A DNA stretch of 64,000 nucleotides from an uncultured delta proteobacterium (GCA_963806225.1 CAWDXG010000004.1:1632001-1696000); one strand, 5' to 3'. Counted from the first letter of the stretch, positions 51,975 to 61,928 are shown. Notes: generated by a model not told the origin, from the sequence alone. Made by a program: numbers and translations.

Positions 51975-52530
51975 GTGACGTGGACAGGGTGGGCGGCGCT
52001 GCTGCTCGTAGCGCTCGGCTCCGGCTGCCATCGCTCCAGGCCGGCGCCTGCCAGCTCGACGACGGGCTCCGAAAACCCCGAGCCGCGCCCCACCGCCTCC
52101 ACGCCGACCCAGGGAAGTTGCTGAGGCTGTCCGAACCTGGCTCCACACGGATGCGTATGCCCGGCGCGTCAACCAACACGTTCCTGGCGGACGAAGATGC
52201 CTGGATGGAATCACGTTTCTGACAGGCTCGGCGCTGCAGGCGGCCCCTCCCGCCCGCGCGCAGCGCCCAACGGGCGCGAGCATGGGCGCCCTCGAGCCAC
52301 CGGCTCCGGCCCCATCGCCAAGCGCGCCGCCGTTGCCCTCCGCGAAGAGCGCGCCGCTCCCCTCGCCCAAGCCGTCGCCCCGGCCCAAGAAGACCGTGCC
52401 GCTCGCTCCCACCAGGATGCGGCAGCAGAAGAACGCACCGGAGCCGTCGCAGCAAGCGCCCGCCCGCTCGAACGCGCTCCCCCGGAAGTCGAGCGCCAAG
52501 CCCTCGGTGGGCAGCAACAACAGTCTGTGA
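51975..52530 (+). CDS. Possible Pro-rich lipoprotein, frameshifted or decayed
   Basis: Signal/lipobox ALLLVALGSGC, then short ORFs in successive frames. Confidence 0.35.
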
Positions 52531-52875
52531 TCGGTCGCGTCACACTCGGGACCTCCGCCCCGATAGACAGATGAAGCGCCCGCGGTAGTGCGAGATCGTC
52601 GGTTCGAGCCCTCGCCGAATTCCGCCAGGAAATATCCAGCGCCGGAACGATCGCCGCACTTCGTCGTCGACGAACAGGACGGTCCACGTGGAAATTACGA
52701 CCCCCTTTGTGGACCCTCATGGATATCCTGTGGGGGGGGGGGGTCAAGTGCCTTCTTCAAATGCGTGGGATGACAGATGTGTGGCGGCTTCGCCTACCTC
52801 GTGTCGAGCACGTACCGCCAGCGCCCCACCATGGCTCGCCGACGGACCGGACGCGCCCTCTCTCCCATCCGGCGT

Positions 52876-53580
52876 TCACAGCTCGCCCAGCAACTGCTGG
52901 ATGGTCGCCCTGAGCCGATCCGCATCGGATAGAGGAATTCCAAGGCCGGCGCTGCACCGCGCGCGCCGCTCCGCGTCTGCGAGATAGGCGAGCGCCGCTT
53001 TCTTCAGCGCTTCGCGCGGCGCGCTCTTGTACGCGGACTCGGCAGCATGCCACGCCCGATCGGGTATTGGACCGTGAGCGGCGCGGAGCGCGGCCAGGTC
53101 GACGAGATCGCGGAAAAGCGAGTCGGAGTCCGCCCAGCGATCACAGTTGGCGAGGAGCTTCTCGGCGTAGCAGTCGGGGATGGCGAGGCAGGCAACGGGC
53201 GCCCACGCGGGTCGAACTGGTGCGGAAAGCTGGATCCGGGCTTCGCGGACGAGCTCCACGCGCACCGTGCGACCTGCGACGACAGCAGGAAAGCGCACCC
53301 CGTACTGGTCGGCGCGGATCTCGCGGGGAAGCACCACGCCCTCGCCGTCGAATTCGCGGAACAGCGCGCCGTAGCCGTCCTTTTGCACCGCCACGCGCAG
53401 ATCCGCATAGGCCGAGGCATCCGAGCACAGGAAGTCCGCGTCCCGGGACTCGCGGTACTCGCCGAGATCCATCGCGATGCGCGTTCCTCCCGCGAACCAA
53501 CAGCAGAAGCGTGTGAGCGCTGCGGCATCGAGCTCTGCCAGCACGTGCAGCACGGCGCGATGGGCCTCGCGTTCAAACAT
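52876..53580 (-). CDS. AbiEii/AbiGii-type nucleotidyltransferase toxin
   Basis: FAGGT..YRESRDADF nucleotidyltransferase motif, DQYGVR, AEKLLAN.DR, RDLVDL. Confidence 0.85.
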   Translation of the reverse strand: MFEREAHRAVLHVLAELDAAALTRFCCWFAGGTRIAMDLGEYRESRDADFLCSDASAYADLRVAVQKDGYGALFREFDGEGVVLPREIRADQYGVRFPAVVAGRTVRVELVREARIQLSAPVRPAWAPVACLAIPDCYAEKLLANCDRWADSDSLFRDLVDLAALRAAHGPIPDRAWHAAESAYKSAPREALKKAALAYLADAERRARCSAGLGIPLSDADRLRATIQQLLGEL

Positions 53581-53803
53581 CGAGCGTGCTGCCGTAGCGG
53601 CGCGCCAGCGCGCGGATGAACTCCAGCTCCTCCGGCGACGGCTCGGCCACGACGCCCTTGTGTCGCCAGCCCGACTCGTAGCGGCGCAACATGTCGAGCG
53701 GCGGCAGCTGCCGGAAGTCCCGATCGAACCACGAGAGCGCCTCGAGGAACGGCAACCGTTCCGGCACCGTCGGCTCCGTAGGCGATGCCGCGGCACGTGT
53801 CAT
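53573..53803 (-). CDS. 76-aa candidate antitoxin
   Basis: Overlaps the toxin start by 8 nt; helical MLRRYESGWRH..EELEFIRALARRYGS. Confidence 0.7.
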   Translation of the reverse strand: MTRAAASPTEPTVPERLPFLEALSWFDRDFRQLPPLDMLRRYESGWRHKGVVAEPSPEELEFIRALARRYGSTLDV

Positions 53804-53993
53804 GCGTGAAGCGTAGCACGCGGAAGGTCTGCCCGGAGGCACCAGGGACCGGAGGCGGCGCGCGTGGTTCCCCTGTTGCGGGGGCCGGCGTTGGGGCCCC
53901 CGGCCGGGCGTAGCCCGGCCTTGGTGGGCCCGCGCCGCGCGGAGCGCGGCGCGCCGCACTGCGGCTTGGATCGCGGGGGGCACCCGCAGGCGA

Positions 53994-54086
53994 CTACAGA
54001 GACGCGCGCACCTTGTCGACCGCCGCCACGCCCTCGTCGAGCTCGGCTTCGGTCACGGCGAGGGGCGGCGAGAAGCGCAGTGCGGT
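53994..54086 (-). pseudogene. 3' fragment of a class-III aminotransferase (ArgD-like)
   Basis: Hand translation TALRFSPPLAVTEAELDEGVAAVDKVRASL*, preceded immediately by an in-frame TGA. Confidence 0.7.
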
Positions 54087-54379
54087 TCAGCATAGCCCCG
54101 GATCGACTTCGTGGATCGGGCGTTGTGCAAGCTGGTTCCCGGTGGTTACGCCCTTCCACCAGCTTGTCCGCGCGGATCCCTACCGTCGACCCGGCGCGTA
54201 GGTGCGATGAACGCCCTGTCTCGATAGCCCCACGTCGGTTTCGCTGCCTCTGCCCAACGGTCTACGCCTCGATCGAGCTCTGCGGGAGGCGCGCTTTCGT
54301 GGCATCCCGCCCTGCGCGCGTCGGCTCCGCACGAATTCCCTCCTCCGCACAGATCCCGGCCCCTTGTCGACCGCGCCCA

Positions 54380-54585
54380 GGGCGCGTCGAACAGCTCCGC
54401 CTGCACCGGCTCGCCGAGCCTTCGGCGGATGACGCGGATCTTGAAGAACGGCGGCCCCCTCGCGGGCGCGAGGGTTGGCGGCTCGCTGGGCTCGCCGAGC
54501 CAGCGGAGGTAGCGGCGGATGGAGGCGGCGGTGATGACGAGCGCGCGCATCTTCAACCTGCCGCCGCACTTGCTGCGTTGAAACG
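54380..54585 (-). mobile_element. IS91-like transposase C-terminal remnant
   Basis: KCGGRLKMRALV..IRRYLRWLGEPSEPPTLAPARGPP matches the CGG.M...I..IL..LG.P..PP...PARGPP tail of IS91-family transposases; no catalytic part present. Confidence 0.65.
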
Positions 54586-55197
54586 CGGGGGCGGCACGGC
54601 CGTCGCGAGCCGGCAGAGGAGCGAGAGCGGCTCGAGATCGATCGCAAACGTCCCGTCGCTCGTTCACCATCGCAAGCCAGAGATCGCCGTCCCAAACCCG
54701 CGGCAGACAGGCCAACCTACGCACGACGAATGTCCTTGACCTGGGGGGGCCGCTTCACCGAAGCCGGAACAGGTCGTCAATGCGGTCACGGCGCGACGAT
54801 GCGGAGCGAGCGCTCGACAATCGCGGAGACGTGCTTCTGCTCGGCCTCGGCGCTACGCGGTAGCCGTCGAGCCCCGCAACCGCACGTGTCCGCTTCTCGG
54901 TGGCTCGGGCAGCCTAGGCTCGCGGGTCCTGGCAGCAGGAAAGCCCTACGCTGTCATCCGCCGCCGGCTCGGCGAGCCCGTGCAGACGGAGCTGTTCGAC
55001 GTGCATTGAGGCCATGACGTGGACGGTGCCCGACCAGGCGCGAGCGCCGCGTCACGACACGAGCGCTGCCGAGAGCTTCCGCACCGCTTCGTCGTCCGCG
55101 CGGATCACGCGCGGGTGCGGGTCGCAGACGGCGAGCAGGAGCGAGCGGTACGGGCCAGCCTGGAGCCCGATAGCACGCCTCTCGACCCCTCCAGCTA

Positions 55198-55214
55198 CTT
55201 GAACTAGTGTACAG
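55198..55214 (-). promoter_or_regulatory. Candidate LexA (SOS) box upstream of ruvB
   Basis: CTGTACACTAGTTCAAG fits 15 of 17 positions of the M. xanthus consensus CTRHAMRYBYGTTCAGS as I recall it. Confidence 0.55.
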
Positions 55215-55236
55215 TACCGCTTCCGGGCACCCGACG

Positions 55237-56292
55237 ATGACCAAGAGCCACCAGGACAGCTCCGCACCCGGCGATCGCGTCGTCGGCACCGTCGCGCGCG
55301 ACGAGGACGAGCGCTTCGATCGCCTGTTCCGTCCCGAGTCGCTTGCCGATTTCGTCGGGCAGCAGAAGCACAAAGACAACCTCGGCGTGTATGTGCAGGC
55401 GGCCCTGAAGCGCGGCGAGCCGCTGGACCATATCCTCCTGTGCGGTCCGCCGGGCCTCGGCAAGACCACGCTGGCGCACATCCTGGCCAGGGAGATGGGC
55501 GTGCAGCTCGTCATCAGCAGCGGACCGGCGATCGAGCACAAGGGCGCGCTCACCGGGCTGCTCACCCGGCTCGAGCGCGGCGACGTGCTGTTCATCGACG
55601 AGATCCATCGCCTGAGCGCGCCGGTGGAAGAAGCGCTGTATCCAGCCATCGAGGATTTCCGCATCGACGTGATGATGGGCGACGGCGCCTACGCCGAGAG
55701 CATCCCGCTCGACATCAAGCCGTTCACGTTGATCGGCGCGACCACGCGCACGGGGCTCTTGACCAAGCCGCTGCACGAGCGCTTCGGCGTGACCCTGCGC
55801 CTGGACTTCTACCCGGCCGCGGATCTGAAGCAGATCATCCTGCGCAGCGCGCGGCTGCTCGGCATCGAGTGCGCCGAGCAGGGAGCGCACGAGCTTGCAC
55901 TTCGCTCGCGCGGTACGCCACGGGTAGCCAACCGCCTGCTCAGGCGCGTGCGCGACTTCGCCGAGGTCGAGGGAACGGGGCGCATCGACGCGGAAATCGT
56001 CCAGCTCACGTGCGAGCGGCTGGAAGTGGACGCGGCCGGGCTGGACGAGATGGATCGGCGCCTGCTGCTGGTGTTGATCGAGCACTACGACGGCGGGCCG
56101 GTGGGCGTAGAGACGATCGCCGCCGCGCTGGCCGAGCCACGCGACACTATCGAGGACGTGTACGAGCCCTATCTGCTGCAGCAGGGGCTGCTCGGCCGCA
56201 CGCCGCGCGGGCGCATCGCCACACGCAAGGCCTACGAGCATCTGGGCGTCCCGCTCGAGGAGCGCGGCTCGAAGCAGGGACGGCTGTTCTAG
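55237..56292 (+). CDS. ruvB: Holliday junction branch-migration helicase RuvB
   Basis: RPESLADFVGQ, GPPGLGKTTLA, FIDEIHR, IGATTR, RGTPR, YEPYL, RTPRGR. Confidence 0.98.
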   Translation: MTKSHQDSSAPGDRVVGTVARDEDERFDRLFRPESLADFVGQQKHKDNLGVYVQAALKRGEPLDHILLCGPPGLGKTTLAHILAREMGVQLVISSGPAIEHKGALTGLLTRLERGDVLFIDEIHRLSAPVEEALYPAIEDFRIDVMMGDGAYAESIPLDIKPFTLIGATTRTGLLTKPLHERFGVTLRLDFYPAADLKQIILRSARLLGIECAEQGAHELALRSRGTPRVANRLLRRVRDFAEVEGTGRIDAEIVQLTCERLEVDAAGLDEMDRRLLLVLIEHYDGGPVGVETIAAALAEPRDTIEDVYEPYLLQQGLLGRTPRGRIATRKAYEHLGVPLEERGSKQGRLF

Positions 56293-56308
56293 GCTGCTCG
56301 GGCCGGCG

Positions 56309-57166
56309 TCACTGCCAGTTCGAGCTCGACGAGATCGTACCCCACGTCGATGGATCGACGGAGGCGCCGTTGGACACGGCAAGGCCCGCCGGCCAGTGTG
56401 CACTGGCGTGCACGATCGCGAGGCGGAAGCTGTGTGGCGATCCCGGCGTGACACCGAGCGCCGACAACGGCACGGACCACTCGTAGCGGATCGGATCCGG
56501 CTGGTTGCCGGGGCACTGCACGACGATGCCGGCCGGCGCCGAGCCCTGCGACCAGGTGCCGCCGGAAAGCTGGAGGTCGTTGCGGTCGCCGTCGGCGTTG
56601 AACGGATCGTCGAACACCGACACGTCGAACTCGTCGCCGTCGGCGGAGCTCTTGCCGTCGGGATCGAACATGAACGGCATCGGGCAGCCGCACGTCGGCG
56701 TTCCCGAGGTGGCGAAGTACAGCTTGTCTCCGGCGTACTTCATCACCACCACCATGTCGACGCTGCCGACGTTGAAGCACGTGCCGTCGCTCCACTCCGC
56801 GGCATGGAGCGTGCCGTCTACCGTGGGTGCGCACCCGGCCGGAACATCGACGCTGCTCGAAGCCGCCGTCGAACACGCCGGCAGCTGGGTGATCGGACTG
56901 CCGCCGCCGGCACACTGGGTAGCGCTGCCGCCCGAACCGCCCGAGCCCGCGCTGCCCGCGCTGCCGCCGCTGCCCGCGCTGCCGCCGCTGCCGCCGCTGC
57001 CCGCGCTGCCGCCCGAGCCCGCGCTGCCGCCGGCGCCGCCCGTCGCTGTTCCCGCTGACCCTCCGCTGGCAGCGCCGTTCGAGCTCGAGCTCGAGCTGCA
57101 CCCGGATAGCGCGAGCATGACGACGCCCAGTGCTGCTGCTCCCGTGAAAACTGTGGCGCGCTTCAT
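56309..57166 (-). CDS. Lipoprotein with Gly/Ser linker and possible DOMON/CBM9-like domain
   Basis: Lipobox LSGC, GGSAGS repeats, PTVDG...EW and YEWSVPLSALG. Confidence 0.75.
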   Translation of the reverse strand: MKRATVFTGAAALGVVMLALSGCSSSSSSNGAASGGSAGTATGGAGGSAGSGGSAGSGGSGGSAGSGGSAGSAGSGGSGGSATQCAGGGSPITQLPACSTAASSSVDVPAGCAPTVDGTLHAAEWSDGTCFNVGSVDMVVVMKYAGDKLYFATSGTPTCGCPMPFMFDPDGKSSADGDEFDVSVFDDPFNADGDRNDLQLSGGTWSQGSAPAGIVVQCPGNQPDPIRYEWSVPLSALGVTPGSPHSFRLAIVHASAHWPAGLAVSNGASVDPSTWGTISSSSNWQ

Positions 57167-57487
57167 GCCGGCCAGCGCTACGGGCGCCGGCGTTGGGCGT
57201 CAACCGGCGCCGTAGCGGATTGCCACGCTCGCCGCCGCGGCTGCGTCGCCTCCGCACGGGATCCGGCCGAGCTCGCACTTTTTGCGTGGAAGACCACCAC
57301 ATTCCGCGTCCCCGTCCAGGCACACGGCTTGCAGCGCTCCATCGCGAGTCGACTGACCACGCCCCCGCCCATCCGCTCCCACCGCCCCGACCCACGGGAT
57401 CGAATCGCACGACCCCGGAAAGCTCTTCACCTGTCTGGATCCGACACTATCTCTCGAGGCGCCACAACAACACCTGGAGGCAACGAC

Positions 57488-59686
57488 ATGACTCATGAGG
57501 GGGCCGCTCTGGAACGCGTCCGCGAGCGCATGCTCGCAGGACGGCACACGGCTGTGCTGGGGCGCGGAAGGCTCGACCCGCTGCCGGCGCCGGGCGTGCT
57601 CAAGGTGGATTGCGATCTGTCCGGCCCGCCGCTGGGACCGCTGCTCGAAGCGCGCTGGCAGGCCGAGCAGCTGCTCGACGAGCGCGCGCCGATGCCGCTC
57701 GGTGCCCGCATCCGGTCGGGACTCAGGCAGCGGTTGCTTGGCGAACAGCCCGAGCCCGGTGGTGATAGCATGGTCGTCGCGGCCTTGAACCGCCTCGCGC
57801 GGCTCTCCAGCGGACCCGTGGGGCTGGTGCTTCAGTCGGTGGACTCGGCTGATCGCAGAACACTGCAGCGCCTCGAAGCGTTGGTCCGCCGCCCCGGCTG
57901 GCTCAAGGCCCCGCTGGTGCTGGCGTTCGAGTCGCTCGAGCCCGAGGGAGCCGCGAAGTCGCTTCTCGACGCCGTGCGGGAAGTGGGGGGCGAGGGCGCC
58001 ATCGTCAGCGTCGGCGCGGAGGATCTGCTGGAACCCGAGGCGGAGGACGTCATGATGGCGCTCGCGCCGGACGCGCTCGACCCGGAGGTGCTGCACGTGC
58101 TGCGGGCTGGCGCGCTGATCGGCAATGTCTTCGAGGCGGAGCTAGCGGCCGCCCTGCTCGCGGTCGATCCGCTCGAGGTGCTGGAGCTCTTGCAGGTGGC
58201 CCACGACTCCGGCGTGGCGATCGACGACCGCGGTGACGGTCGTTTCGTCCTGGCAGACAGCACGGCCGAGGCGCTGCGGCGGAGCCTTTTGCCATCGCTC
58301 GCGGGCGCCTGGCACCGGCGGCTGGCCGAGCTGCTCGGCGAAGCGACGCCGCGTGGAACCCAGCCCCAGCAAAGCGCGCCCGAGGCGGCCCCCCCCACCG
58401 AGCGTCCAGTGGCCCGCGCGGCGCCGGCACGCGAGCCAAGCGCGCTCGAGCACCTGCGCGTCGGCGACAATCCGCTGGCTGCAGCCGAATCGGAGGCGCG
58501 CCGGCTCGGGGGGCGCCCCGACCGCCAAGCGCGCGCGGGCCGTCACGCCGAGGCCGCCGGCCAGATCGAGCTGGCGGCCGAGCAGTACCTCGCTGCGGCG
58601 GAGCGTTCGGAGAATCTCGGCGCGTACGACCAGGCGCTCGACTTCGCCGAACGCGCGCTCGGGCTCGTCGCATCCCTGCCGAGCAGCCCGGGGCGCCGCC
58701 AGCTGCGTATCCGCGCGCTGGGCGAGCTCGGCCGCATGAAGTGGCACGCTGCAGGGCCCGGCGAGATCTTCTCGCTCGACGTAGCGCTCGAACAGCTCGA
58801 CAACGCGCAGAAGCTGCTGGCGCCCGGGGATCCCGTCGAGCTCCGGGCCGAGATCGGTTCGCTCATCGCGAGCGTCTGCTACGACATCGGCGGGCGCGCC
58901 GCACTCGAGCGCGCGCTCGAGGAGCTCACGCAGGCAGGCCACGCGCTGCTCGAAGCGGGCAGGCCGGTGGAAGCGGCGCGGCTGCTCAACGACGAGGCGG
59001 CGGTATGGGTGCGTCTCGGCGACCCGGTGCGGGCGAACCACCTGCTGTCGAAGTCGCGCGAGGTGTTCGGGCGCTTCGCCACGGAGAGCACAGTGGCGCA
59101 GCTGGAACTAGCCGAGACGGATCACCTGGTGGCGCGGCTGATGCTGCACGCACCGCCGCGACCAGGCAAGGAGCGAGAATCGCTCGAGCTCGGTATTCAG
59201 CACGCACTCGCGGCGGAGGAGACCTATCGCGGACTCGGCCGTTCGCGTGAGCTGGCCCGCGTATGGGAGACGCTCGGTAGACTGGAGCGCCTCTCCGGCA
59301 AGTCCGAGCGGTCGTCCAGTCATCTGGTGGCGGCCATCGAGGCCGAGCAGCAGATCGGCGACGCGATCGGACTGGCCCGCTCGACCGCGGCGCTGTCCGA
59401 TCTGCTCTCCGACGTCGGACAACCGGAACGCGCGCTAGAGCTGCTGCGCGACTCGATCACGCTCAATTTCGAGAAAGGCTCGCCGGTGGGGCTCGCCTTC
59501 AACCGCCGGGCGCTGGCCGGACTGGCAGCGCGCGCGGGAGGGCACCCGCTCGCCGACGGCCTCGAACACGATATCGAACGACTACGGAGCCAGCTGGAGC
59601 TGGCCGAGAGAGCTGTCGGGCATGTCGAAGCCCCCATCGAACGGGACGACCGCCCGACGGCAGGTTTGAAAGGAGTCCACCCATGA
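57488..59686 (+). CDS. Degenerate STAND-like protein with TPR C-terminus
   Basis: ATG behind GGAGG; LVLQSVDSAD..TL at the Walker B position, VLRAGALIG..F helical domain, C-terminal TPR-like repeats. Confidence 0.75.
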   Translation: MTHEGAALERVRERMLAGRHTAVLGRGRLDPLPAPGVLKVDCDLSGPPLGPLLEARWQAEQLLDERAPMPLGARIRSGLRQRLLGEQPEPGGDSMVVAALNRLARLSSGPVGLVLQSVDSADRRTLQRLEALVRRPGWLKAPLVLAFESLEPEGAAKSLLDAVREVGGEGAIVSVGAEDLLEPEAEDVMMALAPDALDPEVLHVLRAGALIGNVFEAELAAALLAVDPLEVLELLQVAHDSGVAIDDRGDGRFVLADSTAEALRRSLLPSLAGAWHRRLAELLGEATPRGTQPQQSAPEAAPPTERPVARAAPAREPSALEHLRVGDNPLAAAESEARRLGGRPDRQARAGRHAEAAGQIELAAEQYLAAAERSENLGAYDQALDFAERALGLVASLPSSPGRRQLRIRALGELGRMKWHAAGPGEIFSLDVALEQLDNAQKLLAPGDPVELRAEIGSLIASVCYDIGGRAALERALEELTQAGHALLEAGRPVEAARLLNDEAAVWVRLGDPVRANHLLSKSREVFGRFATESTVAQLELAETDHLVARLMLHAPPRPGKERESLELGIQHALAAEETYRGLGRSRELARVWETLGRLERLSGKSERSSSHLVAAIEAEQQIGDAIGLARSTAALSDLLSDVGQPERALELLRDSITLNFEKGSPVGLAFNRRALAGLAARAGGHPLADGLEHDIERLRSQLELAERAVGHVEAPIERDDRPTAGLKGVHP

Positions 59687-59959
59687 CTGGGACGAAACCA
59701 CAGTACCGCCAACGGATCGACCACGGCCTGGACGAGCTCGAGAAGCTACGCGGCGAGATCAAGCTCAAGCTCCACCTGGCAGAGATGGACGCGCAGAGCA
59801 CCTGGCGACGCCTGGAACCGAAGCTGGACGAGCTGGAGAGCACCGTCGAACGTCAGGGCAACGCCGTCGCCGAAACGACCGCCAACCTGACCGAGGATCT
59901 CGATCAAATCGTTCCGCCAGCTCCGCGACAAGATCGCCAGCCACCACGCGCCGCACTGA
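59683..59959 (+). CDS. Small coiled-coil protein; frameshift near 59905
   Basis: ATGA overlap; LDELEKLRGEIKLKLHLAEMDAQSTW..LEPK, ending KSFRQLRDKIASHHAPH* after a shift. Confidence 0.7.
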
Positions 59960-60026
59960 CGTCCGGCAGGACAGGGCCGGCGCTTCGCCGCCGGCCCTGC
60001 GCGGCGGAGGAACGCCGGCGGAGGAG

Positions 60027-61928
60027 CTACAATGCCTTGGCCGAGCGTGGCGGGATGCTCGTGCCCCCGGCGCTGATCGATTTGTCGGTCACGTTGAGGC
60101 CGACGCGCGATCCGTCGGGGAGACGCCAGAGCGTCGGGACAACGTTCGTGGTCGAACCGTGGGCGGAGATCTGGTCGCCGATAGCGCTCTGTAGATGGTC
60201 GGGCGCGCCTCTCGGCAGATAGTCGACCGGCACCGCGGGGCTTCCTCCCAGAGCGAGCGCGACGCGCGCGGCGTCGAGCCCCCAGCCCTGGCGCGAGGCG
60301 TCGAGCTTCGTCAGGTCGTCCGAGAGGAACAGCGCTCCGCCACCGAACGCCATCACCCAGCCCCCCACGTCCACCTCGTTTTCGGGCAGCTTGCGCAGCA
60401 GCACCGGATCGGCGTCGCACAGCGTCGCGAGGCAGAGCGGCGCGCGCGCGCCGATGCTGCGCGCCTCGTTGGCGACGAACGGCCACGACGGGCCGAAGGT
60501 CTCGAGCGCGATGTCGCCCCCGGCACGCCACGAGTCCACGTACGGGAGGCTGGCGAGGCCGGGCGCGCCCACGGCCAGAAGAAGGGTCTTGTCGCCGGCA
60601 GCCTTGCGGATGATGTCGAGCGCCATCGCGTACGCCTGCATTCCCGTCACGTCCTGGGCGCGCTTCCCTTCCCAGGTGCCCGCGAACAGGTAGTCGATCT
60701 TCAGCAGGCTGTAGCCCCAGCCGACGATCTTCTGGATGGTGGCCGTCAGGTGCGCCGCCGCTTCGGGGTTGGTCACGTCGAGGACGTGCATCGGAGCCTT
60801 GCCGAGCGGCGTGTACACGGCGCCGCCGACGAACCAGCCCGGGTGCGCCGTGTAGACCGCACTCTTCTCCGAGGCGATCAGCGGCGCGAGCCACACGCCC
60901 ATCTCGAATCCCTGTTGCGTCAAATCGCTCGCCAACCCGTCGAGCCCGGACGGGAAGCGCTTTTTGTCCGGGTCCCAGTCGCCCCAGGCCTGCTCCCAGC
61001 CGTCGTCTACGACGATGCGCAGTTTCGTGCCCTTCGGGAGCTGGGGGGCAAGGATCTTCTTCGCGAGCGGCGCGTTGTCGCGCACGCCCTGTTCGGTCAC
61101 GCCGTTCCACAGCTCGTACCACGAGTTCCAGCCGGCCTCGGCGGGCGGGGGCGACTTCATACCCGTGCGCCGCGAGGGAATGGCTGCGGCGTAGGAAGAG
61201 AGCATCCGAGGCAGATCCTCGCCAGTTTCCACGCGGAATGTCTCGCCGTCGATACTGTCGCCGGCTGCGACGATGACGTGCTCGCCGGTGCCGCCGCACG
61301 CGATGCGCAGGTGGAGCTTGCCACCGTCACTGCGCCAGACCTGCGTCCACGGCTTGAAGCGCTTCGCCGAAAGCGCGCCGGCAAGCACGGACGGGCCTCC
61401 GCCGCCTGCAACCGTGAAGGTCCAGCCCAGCTCGGTGCCATCGCGCAGCACCTCCGCGTCCCCGCGGGTCGAGAGCGCCTTCACGAGCTCCTTGTCATCC
61501 GGTGGCGCACCGATGGCGATCGCTCCGGACTGCGACCACGACTGGAACCCATTCGAGAGCCAGCTCCTCGCGCCGGCCAGCGTGAGCGGGCCCTCGCCCG
61601 AGAGCGCCTGGACGACGGTGTCCTTTGCGGCGGTGAAGCTCGTCTTCACGACCGCGCCGGCGAGCGTCAGCGCGACGGAGCCGGCCGCCCCCGCCGGACA
61701 CGTCGCCTTCTTTCCGTCGACCGTGCACTCGCCGTCGAGCCCCGCGCCGTGCCAGGCGTCGTCGTAGCGCACGCCGGGCAAGAGCAGCGTGCGCGCGCAG
61801 CCGGAGCCGATGGCCACGCCGGGTGAAGGATCCGGCGGGCAGCTGCGGCCCACCGCGGGCTTGGCACCCGAGCAGGCCGCCGTGGCGGAGATGACAACAA
61901 GCAGAGAACCCCATCGGCAAACGGACAT
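60027..61928 (-). CDS. GH36-type alpha-galactosidase, lipoprotein
   Basis: GWNSWY, VDDGW, RFPSGL, GVWLAP, LLKIDYL, RAGGD; signal ending AAC. Confidence 0.85.
   Translation of the reverse strand: MSVCRWGSLLVVISATAACSGAKPAVGRSCPPDPSPGVAIGSGCARTLLLPGVRYDDAWHGAGLDGECTVDGKKATCPAGAAGSVALTLAGAVVKTSFTAAKDTVVQALSGEGPLTLAGARSWLSNGFQSWSQSGAIAIGAPPDDKELVKALSTRGDAEVLRDGTELGWTFTVAGGGGPSVLAGALSAKRFKPWTQVWRSDGGKLHLRIACGGTGEHVIVAAGDSIDGETFRVETGEDLPRMLSSYAAAIPSRRTGMKSPPPAEAGWNSWYELWNGVTEQGVRDNAPLAKKILAPQLPKGTKLRIVVDDGWEQAWGDWDPDKKRFPSGLDGLASDLTQQGFEMGVWLAPLIASEKSAVYTAHPGWFVGGAVYTPLGKAPMHVLDVTNPEAAAHLTATIQKIVGWGYSLLKIDYLFAGTWEGKRAQDVTGMQAYAMALDIIRKAAGDKTLLLAVGAPGLASLPYVDSWRAGGDIALETFGPSWPFVANEARSIGARAPLCLATLCDADPVLLRKLPENEVDVGGWVMAFGGGALFLSDDLTKLDASRQGWGLDAARVALALGGSPAVPVDYLPRGAPDHLQSAIGDQISAHGSTTNVVPTLWRLPDGSRVGLNVTDKSISAGGTSIPPRSAKAL

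Noticed and set aside
52731..52743. Poly-G run as a phase-variation tract
   Set aside because: Intergenic, not tied to a clear promoter or ORF, and homopolymer length is unreliable in this assembly.
54700..55190. Short ORFs between the IS remnant and ruvB
   Set aside because: No recognisable motif or coding bias.
56925..57040. Tandem repeats here, at 19910-19995 and at 33652-33708 as a CRISPR-like array
   Set aside because: In-frame low-complexity coding repeats with no unique spacers and no cas genes.
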